A DNA stretch of 64,000 bases. It comes from an uncultured Actinomycetes bacterium. GTDB taxonomy: Bacteria; Actinomycetota; Thermoleophilia; RBG-16-64-13. Location: positions 15,922 through 79,921 of the forward strand of contig CAWEJM010000006.1 in assembly GCA_963809395.1 (NCBI GenBank), written 5' to 3'. Below are positions 1 through 12,698 of this stretch, piece by piece. The position numbers and the translations under genes are program-made. Within the stretch, counting starts at the first letter, position 1, and the number at the start of each line of letters is the position of its first letter. Below the pieces are notes generated by a model that ran no database searches, had not been told where the DNA came from, and saw only the letters and a list, made by a program, of their open reading frames with translations.

Positions 1-19
1 TCCGTATGTGGAGGAATCG

Positions 20-382
20 ATGAGTTCTGCAAAACTGTATGTGGGCAACCTCAGCTACGAAACGTCTGAAGCAAGTGTAAAGGCCCTCTTCGAACAGCAC
101 GGCGAAGTCACGTCCGTCAACCTGATCACCGATCGGGATAGCGGCCGGCCCAAGGGCTTCGGCTTCGTGGAGATGGCGACCCCGGAAGCGGCGGAAGCCG
201 CCAAGAGCGCCCTCGACGGCACCCAGCTCGACGGTCGCGCCCTTAAAGTCGACGTGGCCAAGGAACTGCAGCCCCGGGCCCCCCGCAGCGGCGGCGGCTA
301 CGGTGGCGGCGGCGGCTACGGCGGCGGCGGTGGCGGCGGCGGCTACGGCGGCGGTGGCGGCGGCGGGAATCGTCGCTGGTAG
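20..382 (+). CDS. RRM-type RNA-binding protein with Gly/Tyr-rich tail
   Basis: ORF 8..382. RNP-2 KLYVGNL and RNP-1 KGFGFVEM motifs, C-terminal GGYGGGGG repeats. GGAGG at 10-14 favours the ATG at 20. Confidence 0.85.
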   Translation: MSSAKLYVGNLSYETSEASVKALFEQHGEVTSVNLITDRDSGRPKGFGFVEMATPEAAEAAKSALDGTQLDGRALKVDVAKELQPRAPRSGGGYGGGGGYGGGGGGGGYGGGGGGGNRRW

Positions 383-410
383 TCACCAGCCTACAGAGCA
401 ATCTGTGCAG

Positions 411-445
411 GAGCGCCGGCCTTCGGGCCGGCGCTCTTTTCATTT
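411..445 (+). terminator. Rho-independent terminator after the RRM gene
   Basis: GAGCGCCGGCC / GGCCGGCGCTC stem with TTCG loop, followed by TTTTCATTT. Confidence 0.7.
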
Positions 446-506
446 GTGGGCTTGTATACTCTGGTATCCAATGATCCGGCCCCGGACGGGGTCCAGGGAG
501 GCTCTC

Positions 507-1381
507 ATGCAGATCTACATCGACGGCGAGTTCTACAGCAAGGAAGACGCGAAGGTCAGCGTCTTCGACCACGGTCTCCTGTATGGGGACGGCGTGTTCG
601 AAGGTATCCGGGTGTACGCCGGCCGGGTATTCGAGCTCGACCCCCATATCGACCGGCTGTACGCTTCGGCTCAGGCCCTGGCGTTGGAGATTCCCCTGCC
701 GCGCGTCGATCTGGTGGAAGCCATGCTGGAGACCATCCGTCGCAACGATATCCACAACGGGTACGTGCGTCTGGTGGTCACCCGAGGCGATAGGCGATCT
801 GGGGCTCAATCCCGCGAAGTGCCCCAAGGCCACCGTGTTCTGCATCGCCGACGGCATCTCGCTCTATCCGGCCGAGGTCTACGAGCAGGGGTTCAAGGTG
901 GCCACGCTGGCCACGCGGCGTAACGATCCGCAGGCCGTCAATCCGGCCATCAAGAGCCTCAACTACCTGAACAACATCATCGGCGCCTTGGAGCTGCGCG
1001 GCCGGGCCGTGAACGAGGGCCTGTTCCTCACCACCTCGGGCTACGTGTGCGAGTGCACCGCCGACAACTTCTTCCTGATCAAGGGGCGCAAGTTGATGAC
1101 GCCCCATCCGGCGCTGGGCGCGCTGGGCGGCATCACCCGGGCCGTGGTGATGAGGTTGGCGAGCGGTCATGGGCATGGAGGTGGAAGAGGGCTTCTACAC
1201 CCTGTACGACGTGTACACGGCGGACGAGGCCTTCCTCACCGGGACCGCCGCCGAGGTGGGGCCGGTGGTGGAGGTCGACAAGCGGGCGATCGGCGCGGGC
1301 GTACCCGGCCCGCTGACCCGGGAGATCATCGCCCGCTTCCACGAGTATGCCTTGAGCACCGGCACCCCGGTCAACGGGTAG
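507..1381 (+). CDS. ilvE: Branched-chain amino acid aminotransferase (class IV PLP enzyme), frame broken twice
   Basis: MQIYIDGEFYSKEDAKVSVFDHGLLYGDGVFEGIRVY (ORF 303..923), continues in ORF 583..1398 (NPAIKSLNYLNNI) and ORF 1169..1381. Frame hops near 790 and 1165. GGGAG RBS before the ATG at 507. Confidence 0.8.
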
Positions 1382-1426
1382 CCCTGGACCGGCGATGAAC
1401 GGCTGCGGACGACGCCGGGGCGCGCG

Positions 1427-3057
1427 ATGACATCCGCGCGCCCCATCCTCCTGTACGACACCACCCTGCGTGACGGCATGCAGCGGGAGGGCATGAGCGT
1501 CTCGGTGGACGAGAAGGTGCGCATCGCCGCCCGCATCGCCGATCTGGGCGTGCACGTCATCGAAGGGGGGTTCCCGGGCTCCAATCCCAAGGACGAGGAG
1601 TTCTTCCGCAAGCTGGAGAAGGAGCCGCTCGGGACCACGGTGGTGGCGGCCTTCGGCACCACCCGCGGCGCGGGGGTGCGGGCCGACGCGGACGCCAAGC
1701 TCCGCGTCCTGGCCGATTGCTGGGCTCCGGTGGCCGCTCTGGTGGGCAAGACCTGGGACCTGCACGTGGAGAAGGTCCTGCGGGTGGACCGCGAGGAGAA
1801 CCTGCGCATGATCGCCGAGTCGGTGGCCTTTCTGCGGGGGCAGGGCAAGCGGGTCTTCTACGACGCCGAGCACTTCTTCGACGCCTATGCCGCCCATCCC
1901 GACTACGCGCTGGCCTGCCTGCGGGCCGCCGCCGAGGCCGGGGCCGAGGCCGTCTGCCTGTGCGACACCAACGGGGCGGCCCTCCCGATGCAGGTGGCGG
2001 AGGTGGTGGAGCGGGTGGTCTCGGTGCTGGGCGGCGTCTGCCGGGTGGGCATCCACGCCCACAACGACGCCGGCTGCGCGGTGGCCAACTCCCTGGTCGC
2101 GGTGGACCGGGGCGCAGATTCGGTGCAGGGCACCATCAACGGCTACGGGGAGCGCTGCGGCAACGCCGATCTCTGCGCCATCATCCCGGCGCTCAAGCTC
2201 AAGATGGGTCTCGACTGCGTCTCCGACCGCGACCTGGCCAAGCTCACCGACACGGCTCATTTCGTGGCCGAGCTCTGCAACATCTCGCCCGATCCGCACC
2301 AGCCCTACGTGGGTCACAACGCCTTCGCCCACAAGGGCGGGCTGCACGTGTCGGCGGTGGAGCGCGACCCCAGCACCTTCGAGCACATCGACCCGGCTCT
2401 GGTGGGCAACTCCCCGCACGTGCTGGTGTCGGAGCTGTCGGGGCGGGCCACCATCAATCAGAGGGTGCGGGAGCTGGGCTATCCCCTGCACGGAAGAGAA
2501 CGAGCTGGCCGACCGGGTGCTCGAGCGGGTGAAGGCAGCAGGAGCACGCCGGCTATCACTACGAGGCCGCCGACGCCTCCTTCGAGTTGCTGCTGCGCGC
2601 CGAGATGGGTCTCAAGGTGGAACTCTTCCACTTGGAGACCTTCCGCATCATCGTGGAGAAGCGCGAGGACGGCGAAACGGTGAGCGAGGCCACCATCAAG
2701 GTGCATGTGGGCGGCGACCGCTTCATCGAGACCGCCGAAGGGAACGGCCCGGTCAACGCCCTGGACAAGGCCCTGCGCCTGGCCATCGAGCGCAAGTTCC
2801 CGGCGGTGCACGACATCCGCCTGGTCAACTACAGCGTGCGCATACTGGACGAGGACAAGGGCACCGCGGCCAAGACCAGGGTGCTGATCGACTCGTCCGA
2901 CGGGCGTGACAGTTGGGGCAGCGTGGGGGTGAGCGTGAACGTGGTGGAGGCTTCGTGGCAGGCGTTGGTCGACTCCATCTCATACGGACTGCTGCGCCCG
3001 CGCGGCGACGAGGCGGCGGGCGCGAGCGCGCCGCCGAAAACCAAGGAGGCAGAATGA
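1427..3057 (+). CDS. cimA: Citramalate synthase / 2-isopropylmalate synthase family, frame broken
   Basis: LYDTTLRDGMQREGMSVSVDEK, HAHNDAGCAVANS, and the C-terminal regulatory domain in ORF 2587..3057. Hops near 2485 and 2535. Confidence 0.75.
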
Positions 3058-3902
3058 AGCTGGCCCGTATCGAGTACCAGGGCGAGGTCTACGAGCGCCA
3101 CGGTGACCTGCAACGGCTACCTATCGTCGAGGGGCCGGAGGCGCCCGGTTCGCCGCGCTGCACCGGAGCGGGCGCCGCGCGCACCTGCGCCGCCTCGCTC
3201 GCGGCCGGCACCGTCATCTCCGAGCAGGAAGCCACCCTTCTGCCCCCGGTGACTCCGGGGAAGATCCTGGGAGTGGGGTGGAACTTCCCGGCGCACATCA
3301 AGGAGATGGTCGACCGGACCTCCGCCGGCGAGCGGGTCACCGAGCCCCCCACGGAAGAAGTGCCGCCTCCCATCCTCTTCTTCAAGCCACCTTCGAGCCT
3401 GATCGGGCATCGAGAGGCGATCGTCTATCCCCGGGACGCCACCCGGGTGGAGTACGAGGGCGAGTTGGCCGTGGTCATCGGGCGCGACACCCGCAGGGTC
3501 ACGCCGGAGGAGGCCAGGCAGGCCGTGCTGGGTTGGACCTGCGCCAACGACGTCACCGAGCGCGACCTGCAGGGGCAGGACAAGCAGTGGTGGCGGGCCA
3601 AGGGCTACGACACCTTCGCCGTGGCCGGTCCCTTCTTGGAGACCGAGACGCCGGCGCCCGAGGCCTGGATCCGCACGCGGGTCAACGGGGAACTGCGCCA
3701 GGAGGGCCAGGTCCGGGACATGATCCGCGATCCGTTCGAGATCATCTCGCTGGTGAGCCAGGCCATGACCCTCCAGCGCGGCGATCTGATCATGCTCGGG
3801 ACTCCACCCGGAGTGGGCGAGCTTCATCCGGGAGACGAGGTCGAGGTGGAGATCGACGGCGTGGGCTATCTGCGGAACAGGGTGGAGCGGGAGATCACGT
3901 GA
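3054..3902 (+). CDS. Fumarylacetoacetate hydrolase (FAH) family protein
   Basis: Internal ATG of ORF 2913..3902 overlaps the cimA stop (ATGA). FFKPPSSLIGH, EYEGELAVVIG and GDLIMLGTPPGVG motifs. Confidence 0.75.
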   Translation: MKLARIEYQGEVYERHGDLQRLPIVEGPEAPGSPRCTGAGAARTCAASLAAGTVISEQEATLLPPVTPGKILGVGWNFPAHIKEMVDRTSAGERVTEPPTEEVPPPILFFKPPSSLIGHREAIVYPRDATRVEYEGELAVVIGRDTRRVTPEEARQAVLGWTCANDVTERDLQGQDKQWWRAKGYDTFAVAGPFLETETPAPEAWIRTRVNGELRQEGQVRDMIRDPFEIISLVSQAMTLQRGDLIMLGTPPGVGELHPGDEVEVEIDGVGYLRNRVEREIT

Positions 3903-3905
3903 AAC

Positions 3906-3926
3906 CCGCTCTCAGCGGATTTTGTT
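3906..3926 (+). terminator. Weak hairpin plus T-tract after the FAH gene
   Basis: CCGCT-CTC-AGCGG followed by ATTTTGTT. The stem is short. Confidence 0.3.
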
Positions 3927-3948
3927 CACCTCCAGCCGACACGACAGC

Positions 3949-3977
3949 TTGAGGAGGCACTGGGCTTCGGGTAGAAT
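3949..3977 (+). promoter_or_regulatory. Sigma70-like promoter candidate upstream of dnaE
   Basis: TTGAGG (3949-3954), 17-nt spacer, TAGAAT (3972-3977), about 58 nt upstream of the GTG at 4036. Confidence 0.35.
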
Positions 3978-4035
3978 CGACCAGTAGTCCGGCGTCCGCC
4001 CCGTTGTTCTTATCGGGGAGTCCTCAGGGAGAATC

Positions 4036-7000
4036 GTGGTTTTGTCAGCTCCTTCCCAGCCCGCCACTGAAGGGATAGCTCGGCCGGCGGCCGGCTTCTG
4101 CCACCTGCACGTCCACACCCACTACTCGGCGCTCGATGGGGCCTGCAAGGTGGACGACCTGGTGGCCCGGGCCGTGGAGCTGGGCATGCCGGCCTTGGCC
4201 ATCACCGATCACGGGGTGCTGTCCGGCATCATCCAGTTCTACCAGCAGTGCCTGAAGGCCGGCATCAAGCCCATCATCGGGCTGGAAGCCTACCTGGTGG
4301 AAGACCGCTTCCGCAAGGAAGGGCAGAACGAGGAGCGCTGGCATCTCACCCTTCTGGCCCGCGACGACAGCGGCTATCGGAATCTGCTCAAGCTGGGCAG
4401 CCTGGCCTTCCTGGAGGGCTACTACTACAAGCCGCGCATGGACTACGCCGCTCTTCGGGAGCACGCCGAGGGTCTCATCTGCCTGTCCGGCTGCGCCAGC
4501 GGCCGTCTCTCCAAGGCCCTCCAGTTCGGACAGTTCGCCGCCGCCGACGCCGAGGTGGAGCGTCTGGTGCGAGATCTTCGGCAAGGAGAACGTCTACCTG
4601 GAGATACAGGAGACCGGCATCCGCGAGCTGGCCGAGGTGAACCCGCGCCTGGTGGAGTTGGCGGAACGGACCGGCCTGAAACTGGTGGCCACCAACGACG
4701 TCCACTACCTGCGCGAGGGCGACGCCACCGCGCACGACGTGCTGCTCTGCATCCAGACCGGCTCGCGGCTTTCCGAGGAGAACCGCCTGCGCTTCTCGTC
4801 GGAGGAGTTCTTCCTCAAGAGCGGAGACGAGATGCGGGCCGCCTTCCCGGATCATCCCCAGGCGTTGGCCACCACCCTGGAGGTGGCCGAGCGCTGCAAC
4901 GTGGAGATCAAGCTCGACGAGATGCTCATCCCGCATTTCCCGGTCCCCGAGGGGTACGACGAAGCCTCGTATCTGCGGGAGCAGTGCGAGAAGGGATTGA
5001 CGCGCCGCTACGGGAGCGCGGTGTCGCCCGAGGTGCGGGAGCGCCTCGAGACCGAGCTGGCGGTGGTGGAGAAGATGGGCTTCCCGCCCTACTTCCTCAT
5101 CGTGTGGGACTTCGTCAGCTACGCCAAGCAGTCCGGCATCGCCGTGGGCCCGGGCCGGGGCTCGGCCGCGGGCTCGCTGGTCTCCTACCTGCTGGGCATC
5201 ACCGACCTCGATCCCATCACCTACGACCTGCTGTTCGAGCGCTTCCTCAATCCCGACCGCATCAGCATGCCCGACATCGACATCGACTTCTCGGTCAGCG
5301 GCCGGGAGAAGGTCATCGACTACGTGGCCAACAAGTACGGGCGCGACCGGGTGGCCCAGATCGCCACCTTCGGCACCATCAAGGCCCGCCAGGCCATCCG
5401 CGACGCCGCCCGGGTCATGGACGTGCCCTACGGCCAGGCCGACCGCATCGCCAAGCTGGTGCCGGAGGTGCTCAACATCACCCTCGACGCCTGCCTGGCC
5501 GACGCCAAGGGCGAGCTGCGCGCCGCCTACGACAGCGACGACGTGGTGCGCGAAGTCATCGACATGGCCCGGCCCCTGGAGGGGCTCATCCGTCAGGACT
5601 CCATCCACGCCGCCGGCGTGGTCATCTCCAAGGGGCCGCTCACCGAGCATCTGCCTCTCATGCAGAAGGGCGACGCCGAGGTGGTCACCCAGGTGTCCAT
5701 GAACGACGTGGAGAAGCTGGGCCTGCTCAAGATGGACTTCCTGGGTCTGCGCAACCTGGACGTCATCGACAGCGCCGTCGGAGATCATCCGAGAGGGCGG
5801 CCATCCCGAGTTCGATATCGAGACCATCCCCCTGGACGACCCGCCCACCTACCAGATGCTGGCCAAGGGCGACTCCGAGGGCGTGTTCCAGTTCGAATCG
5901 AGCGGCATGCGCGAGGCTCTGCGCGACATCCAGCCCACCCGGCTCGACGATCTCATCGCCCTGGTGGCGCTCTACCGGCCCGGTCCCATGGAGTTCATCT
6001 CCCAGTACGCCCGCAACAAGCGCGACCCGGGGAGCATCAAGTACGAGGACGACCGCCTGGAGCCCATCCTCAGCCCCACCTACGGGGTGGCGATCTACCA
6101 GGAACAGCTCATGGAGATCTCCAAGCGCATCGGCGGCTTCACACCGTCCCAGGCCGACGATCTGCGCAAGGCCATCGGCAAGAAGATCCGGGCCAAGATG
6201 GATCAACTGGAGCCCAAGTTCCGGGAGGGAGCCGAGGCCTCGGGCACCTCGCCCCGGGTCATCGATCACCTGTGGTCGTTGATGGAGAAGGCCGGCGACT
6301 ACTCCTTCAACAAGTCGCACGCCGCCTGCTATGCCCTCATCTCCTATCGCACCGCCTACCTCAAGGCCAACTTCCCGGTGCAGTACATGGCCGCGCTCAT
6401 CTCCAGCGTCATGGACACCAAGGACAAGGTGCCCTTCTACGTCGACGGTGGCCAACGAGATGGGCATCGAGGTGCTGCCCCCCGACATCAACGAGTCGGT
6501 TCTCGACTTCCGGGGGGTGGAGGGGCGCATCCGCTTCGGGTTGAACGCGGTCAAGAACGTGGGCGAGACGGCCATCCGCAACATCCTCGAGGCCCGGGAA
6601 CAGGACGGTCCTTTCCGCGACCTGTTCGACTTCTGCGAGAGGGTGGATCTGGGCGCAGTCAACGGCAGGGCCATCGAGAGCCTGGTCAAGTCGGGGGCCA
6701 TGGATTCCATCGGGCCTTCGCGCCGGGGCATGCTCATGGTGCTGCCGCAGGCCATGGCATACGGCAAGAAGACCCGCTCCGACACCGACCGGGGCCAAGG
6801 CTCCATCTTCGATCTGATGATGGACGCGGCGTCGGCCGCGACCGAGACGGACTCGGGCAACGGACGCCCGCTGCCAACGGATCCCGGGCCAACGGATCCC
6901 CTCCGGTGGACATCCCTCGCGATGACTTCACCCGGGAAGAGCTTCTGGCGTTGGAGAAGGAGACGCTGGGCCTGTACGTGAGCTCCCATCCGCTCAAGGA

Positions 7001-7591
7001 CATTCGGCACGAGGTGCGCCGGGAGGCCGGGTACCTCATCTCCCAGTTGAGCGAAGTGTCCGACGGCACGGTCACCACCATCGTGGGCATGGTCGGCCGG
7101 TCAAGAAGATCACCACCAAGAAGTCGGGGGAGACCATGGCCTTCGTCACCGTCGAGGGCCTGGAGGGCTCGGTGGAGATAGTGTGCTTCCCGGCCGTCTA
7201 CCAGGAGCACAAGGAACTTCTGGTCGAGGACAAGGTGATCAAGATCAAGGGCAGGGTGGACCACAAGGAAGATGCCGAGACCAAGTTCATCCCTCTGGCC
7301 ATCGAAGCCTTCGCGCCCAAGACCGGGCTGGAGCCGCTGGCCCTGTCCGTCGACGGTGACAGCTTTCCCAGCACGGTCGTCGACGACCTCAAGCGCATCC
7401 TGGCCCGCTTTCCCGGGCAGTGCTCCGTGGACATGTACGTGCGCTCGGGAGCGCAGGCCCGGCGCCTGCGGCTCGGCGACGGCTACCGGGTCGATCCCCA
7501 GGCCAGTCTCTTCGCCGAGTTGAAGGAGTTGTTGGGCGAGGGCTGCGTGGGCCAGGGGCCGCCGTTTCCGGGCGGCACCACGGCCAAGTAG
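4036..7591 (+). CDS. dnaE: DNA polymerase III alpha subunit, frame broken about five times
   Basis: PHP domain HLHVHTHYSALDGA. Polymerase core and OB fold run through ORFs 4036, 4637, 5856, 6331, 5856 again, then 7136..7591. Hops near 4568, 5778, 6445, 6875 and 7098. Confidence 0.9.
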
Positions 7592-7625
7592 GGACCGGCA
7601 TCGGACTATCCGCGGAGGTGACCGC

Positions 7626-10229
7626 ATGACGCAGAGCGATGGTCAAGAAAGGACGCTGATCCGGGACATCAGCTTCTGCGGCGTGGCCAACGGCGCCAAC
7701 GCCTGCATGGTGGACGTCGAGGACGGCAGGATACTCCGCATCCGGCCCATGCACTACGACTGGAAGTACGAGCGCCGACGAGCTCGGTCACTGGATGATG
7801 AAGGCCCGGGGCAAGACGCTTCACGCCCAGCATGAAGACCCTGATCCCGCCCTTCAGTCTGGCCTACAAGAAGCGGGTCCACTCCCCGGCCCGGATCCGG
7901 TTCCCCATGAAGCGGGTGGACTTCGACCCCAACGGGGAGCGCAACATCCAGAACCGGGGCGTCAGCAAGTACGTGCGCATCTCCTGGGACGAAGCCCTCG
8001 ACATCATCACCGGCGAGATGCTGCGGGTGCGGGAGAAGTACGGGCCGACCGCCATCCTGTACCAGTCCGACCAGCACGGCGAGAACAAGGTGGTGCACGG
8101 TCCCCACGGCTGCGGGAGGAAGCTCCTGCGGCTGCTCGGGGGCTTCACGCTCCAGGCCCGGCAGCCCGACAGCTGGGAAGGCTGGTCGTGGGGCGCCAAG
8201 CACGTGTGGGGGATGGAGCCGGTCGGGCAGCAGGTGCCCGCAGGCCAATCTCATCTACGACATCGCCAAGAACGCGGAGCTGCTGCTCTTCTGGGGCTGC
8301 GACCAGGAGACGACCACCTGGGCCTGGCAGGGCCAGCTCCCCAGCCGCCTCAGCTACTGGTACACCGAGCTGGGGATCAGAGCAGATCTACATCGCCCCC
8401 GACCTCAACTACGCCGCGGCCGTGCACGCCGACCGGTGGATCCCCATCCTCCCCAACACCGACGCCGCCCTGTATCTGGCCGTCGCCTATCAGTGGTTCA
8501 AGGAAGGCACCTACGACAAGGAGTACCTGGAGACGCACGCGTACGGGGTGGACAAGTTCGAAGCCTACGTGATGGGCGACGGCGGACGGGGTCCCCAAGA
8601 GCCCGGCGTGGGCGGCGCCCATCACCGGCGTGCCGTCGCGCGTCATCAAGGCGCTGGCGCGAGAGTGGGCCTCGAAACGGACGACGGTGGTCATCGGCAA
8701 CGGCGGCCCCGCCATACGCGGTCCCTATTCAAGCGAGCCCGCCCGCCTGCAGGTGCTCTGCCTGGCCATGCAGGGCCTGGGTAGCGCCGGGAGCCAACCA
8801 GGCCAAGATGCTCGATTGGGGCTTCATGGACGACATGGCCCAGGTCGGTTGCCCCCAGCCGGCGATGATCCCCAGTCTCATGGCCGCCTATACCGGCAGC
8901 AACTCGACCGAGACCAACCACGCCTTCCTGCCCAAGACCCTCCTCCCCAAGGCGATCCTCGAAGGCGGGTGCGAGTGGTGGGGCAACGAGCACGAGATGG
9001 CTCCCCGGGAGGACCAGTTCGTTCCTACAAGTACCCGGCCGACGGCTGCTCCAAGATCCACATGGTCTGGACCGACTCTCCCTGCTTCATGACCTGCTGG
9101 AACGACGGCAACAGCTTCGTGCGGGCCATGCGCCACCCCGACATCGAGTTCATCTTCGCCCAGCACCCCTGGCTCGAGAACGACTGCCTGCTGGCCGACG
9201 TGATCCTGCCGGTGAACACCAAGCTGGAAGAGGACGACATCAACAGCGACCTCTACAGCGGTCAGTCGATCCTGGTCTTCCCCGAGGAGCGGTGCGTGGA
9301 GCCGCTGGGCGAGTCGTTCAGCGACTACGAGATCGTCTGCAAGATCGCCGAGCGACTGGGGCTGCTCGAGGAATACACCGGCGGCCGGTCGATCGACGAC
9401 CTCAGGCGCCTGGGGTTCGAGACTTCCGGGGATCCGGGCATCTGCCCGGCTGCTGAGCGGCTCACGTGGGAGCAGTTCCAGGAGAAAGGCTACGTGGTGG
9501 TGCCCACCGACCCGGACTGGGAGAAGGTGCCGGCCGGTCTCATCGACTTCTACCAGGACCCCGAGGGCCATCCCCTGTCGACGCCCACCGGCAAGATCGA
9601 GTTCTACGCCACCGGTCTGGCCGAGCACTTCCCCGACGATCCCGAGCGTCCACCGGTGCCGGCGTGGATCCCCTCCGGCGAGACCCACCAGGAGACCCTG
9701 GGCACCGAGCGGGCCAAGAAATACCCGCTGCTGGTGGTGTCGAACCACCCGCGCTGGGCGGTGCACGCTCAGCACGACGACATCAGCTGGCTTCGGGAGA
9801 TACGCACCTGCAAGGTGACGGGCCCCGATGGCTATCAGTACCAGCCGCTGTGGATCCATCCCCGGGATGCCGCCGCGCGGGGCATCGAGAGACGGGGACG
9901 TGGTCGCCGTCTACAACGAGCGCGGGACCGTTCTGGCCGGGGCCTACGTGACCGAGCGGATCGTGCCGGGAGCGGTCAGCATGGACCACGGAGCCAAGTA
10001 CGACCCTATCGTCGCCGATGAGATCGATCGGGGAGGCAACATCAACGCCATCGTGCCCGGCAACACCACCTCGAAGAACGCCGTGGGGATGGTGGTGAGC
10101 GGCTTCCTGGCCCAGGTCGAGAAGGCCGACCTGGAGGGCCTCAGGTCGAGGTATCCGGAGGCCTTCGCGCGGCCGTTCCACCCGGGCGCCGGGCCGGACC
10201 TGGCGGCGTGGCTGGTGGGCGGGGTCTGA
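7626..10229 (+). CDS. Molybdopterin oxidoreductase, pyrogallol hydroxytransferase large subunit (AthL)-like, frame broken many times
   Basis: FPMKRVDFDPNGERN, QPDSWEGWSWGAKHVWG, KIEFYATGLAEHFPDD, and a C-terminal beta-barrel segment in ORF 9828..10229. Pieced from ORFs 7626, 7832, 7795, 8630, 8436 and 9828. Confidence 0.8.
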
Positions 10230-10273
10230 GCCGGCGACTGCCGGACTGGCGTTGCAGCCCGTGTCGCATTAGC

Positions 10274-11173
10274 ATGGTGAGCAGGATGAGGGACGTGGGC
10301 GAAAGGACGTATCACTTCAAAATAGGCCAGATCGACTGCACCGCGGTGAGCGACGGGCACTTCGTCTATGCGCCTCCCATCTTTCCCCCGCCGGTCGACT
10401 TCCTCTTTGCGAACGCTCCCCCCGACCGACTTCGCGAGGTGCTTCGGGAGGTTGGGGCAGACCTTGAAACGGCGGGTGAATGGATGGGTCCCTATACCTG
10501 CCTGTTGATCCGGACCGGGGGAAACCAGGTGCTCGTCGACACCGGAGCTGGCGGTCTCGGTCCGGCATACCGGGCGGCTGCTGGAGAGCTTGGCGCTGGA
10601 CGGAGTCGATCCCGGCGACATAGATGTGGTCATTCTCACCCATGCTCATCCCGATCATCTCGGCGGCAACACCGGCCCGCAGGGCGATCTCATGCTTTCC
10701 GGCGGCAGAATGGGTCATCTCAGAACGAGAGTGGACCTTTTGGACCGAAGGAGAAGCGGAACAGTGAATTGCCCGAGCATGGAAAAGACGTCTTGCTCGG
10801 GTTCGCTCGGCGCAATCTGTCTGTGCTCAAAGATCGCGTTCGGCTGGTCAAGGGTGAGGAAGAGATACTTCCCGGCATTCGCATAATCCCGGCGCCTGGC
10901 CACACGCCCGGCCAAATCGCCGTCAGCGTGTCCTCGGAAGGTCAGTCGCTGTACTGCTTGTCTGACGTCGTCTTGCACCCTGCCCACATGAGAGAGCCGG
11001 AGTGGATGGCGGTGGTCGACATGCTCCCGACGCAGTTGGTCGCCACTAGGCGGTCGCTGCTGGAGAAGGCAGCAACCGAGGAAGCTCTCGTGATGGTCTT
11101 TCACTTTCCATTCCCCGGGCTTGGCCGCGTACTGCCGGAAGCCGATGGCTGGCAGTGGAAGCCTCTGGGATAG
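10274..11173 (+). CDS. MBL-fold metallo-hydrolase, frame broken
   Basis: HAHPDHLGG (HxHxDH) in ORF 10590. N- and C-terminal parts lie in ORF 10208..11173. Confidence 0.75.
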   Translation: MVSRMRDVGERTYHFKIGQIDCTAVSDGHFVYAPPIFPPPVDFLFANAPPDRLREVLREVGADLETAGEWMGPYTCLLIRTGGNQVLVDTGAGGLGPAYRAAAGELGAGRSRSRRHRCGHSHPCSSRSSRRQHRPAGRSHAFRRQNGSSQNESGPFGPKEKRNSELPEHGKDVLLGFARRNLSVLKDRVRLVKGEEEILPGIRIIPAPGHTPGQIAVSVSSEGQSLYCLSDVVLHPAHMREPEWMAVVDMLPTQLVATRRSLLEKAATEEALVMVFHFPFPGLGRVLPEADGWQWKPLG

Positions 11174-11313
11174 GCGGAGAACTCCGCTGACCTCCTTGAG
11201 CCTTGTGGGCCGCAGCGCTGACATGGGTACCGACGCTTGGGCCGCCGACTCCGGCTCGTGAGGTATCCTTGTTCAGCCGTTTACGCATCAGCTGATGGGC
11301 TGGAGCCTGAGCC

Positions 11314-12698
11314 ATGATGATCAAAGCCTTGACCGTAACCTCCGTGTCGTCCGAGGTGGCGGCACTCCGCCCGTCGGAATCGTCCGGCCGGGAGGTCGCC
11401 GACGTGGTGGCCCGGCTGCTCGCGGATGTCCGCGCCCGGGGCGACGCCGCCGTGGTCGAGGCGACGGCTCGGTTCGACTGGGAAGGGGCGAGCGCGGCGG
11501 CACTGCCCGTGCCCGCGGCCGATCTCGAGGCTGCCTACCGGCGCGGCCGACCCGCGGATCATCGCGGCGCTGCAGACGGCTCGCGACAACTGCACCTTCT
11601 TCCACCGGCACGAATTGGTGGCCGACTGGGAGGATGAGGGTGCCCAAGGCCAGAAGCTGGGCATCCGCCACCTGCCGGTGGAGCGCGCCGGGCTGTACGT
11701 GCCCGGCGGGTTGGGCTCCTATGCCTCCACGGTGATCATGAACGCCGTGCCCGCTCTGGTGGCCGGGGTGAAGGAGCTGATCGTCTGCACTCCGCCGGGC
11801 CGCGATGGGAGCGTCAACCTCTCGGTACTGGCCGCCGCCCGGCTCATGGGGATCGACCGGGTGTTCCGCGTGGGCGGGGCCCAGGCCATCGCAGCCATGG
11901 CCTATGGGACCGAGACGATCCCCAGGGTGGACGTCATCTGCGGCCCCGGCAACGCCTACGTGATGGAGGCGAAGCGCCAGGTGTACGGCGCGGTGGGCAT
12001 CGACAATCTGGCCGGCCCCAGCGAGGTGCTGGTGGTCGCCGACCGCACCGCCCGCCCCGCCTGGATCGCGGCCGACATGCTCGCTCAGGAGGAGCACGGG
12101 AGCGGGGCGCAGGCGGTGCTGATGGCGGACTCGCGCGACCTGTGCGTCGAGGTCGAGGAGGCTCTTGCGGCGACTCCGCGAGGCCGGTGCGCCGTCCGAC
12201 GCCTCGGGCACCGGTGTGGCCGCATCTCGCGCGGGCGCGGCGGGCAGCGCGCCGCGCCGGGCGCGGACGCTCGGCCGGCGCCGGCACGGGCGATTCCCGG
12301 CTCTGGGCCTTCTATCCCGCGGCGGGCGAAGACTTCCTGGAACTGGCGGCCGCGCTGGTCGACTGCTACGCCCCCGAGCACCTGGAGCTGCAACTGGCCG
12401 ACGCGCGCGGCTTCCTGCCTCGGGTGCACTCGGCCGGGGCGATCTTCATCGGCCACCGCACCCCCACCGCTTTCGGCGACTACATCGCCGGCAGCAACCA
12501 CGTGCTGCCGACCGGTGGTGTCGGCCCGGTTCTCGTCGCCACTTTCGGTGGATACCTTCATGCGGAAGTCGTCGTACGTGGAGATGTCACCCGAGGCGGT
12601 CAAGGCTCTCACGCCGCACTTGGCAGAGGTGGCGAATAGCGAAGGCTTCGCGTTCCACCGCATCTCGGCCGAGCTGCGGGCGGCGGAGGTCGGACTGA
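11314..12698 (+). CDS. hisD: Histidinol dehydrogenase, frame broken; 3' end uncertain
   Basis: ORF 11314 N-terminus. ORF 11426 carries [25 protein letters not shown] and [15 protein letters not shown] 12142 carries APEHLEL and [15 protein letters not shown]. Confidence 0.85.

Noticed and set aside
290-372. GGC-rich tandem DNA repeats.
   Set aside because: This is simply the coding sequence for the GGYGGG tail of the RRM protein.
1133-2491. Long antisense or alternate-frame ORFs throughout the window. Examples: 1133..2491 (-), 4475..5848 (-), 18697..20097 (+), 45437..47089 (-), 47723..49504 (-), 55310..56131 (+), 61802..62953 (-).
   Set aside because: They overlap genes with clear homology on the other strand or frame. 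Their compositions are Arg/Ala/Gly/Pro-rich and low in complexity, as expected from stop-codon-poor high-GC DNA. I recognise no motifs in them.
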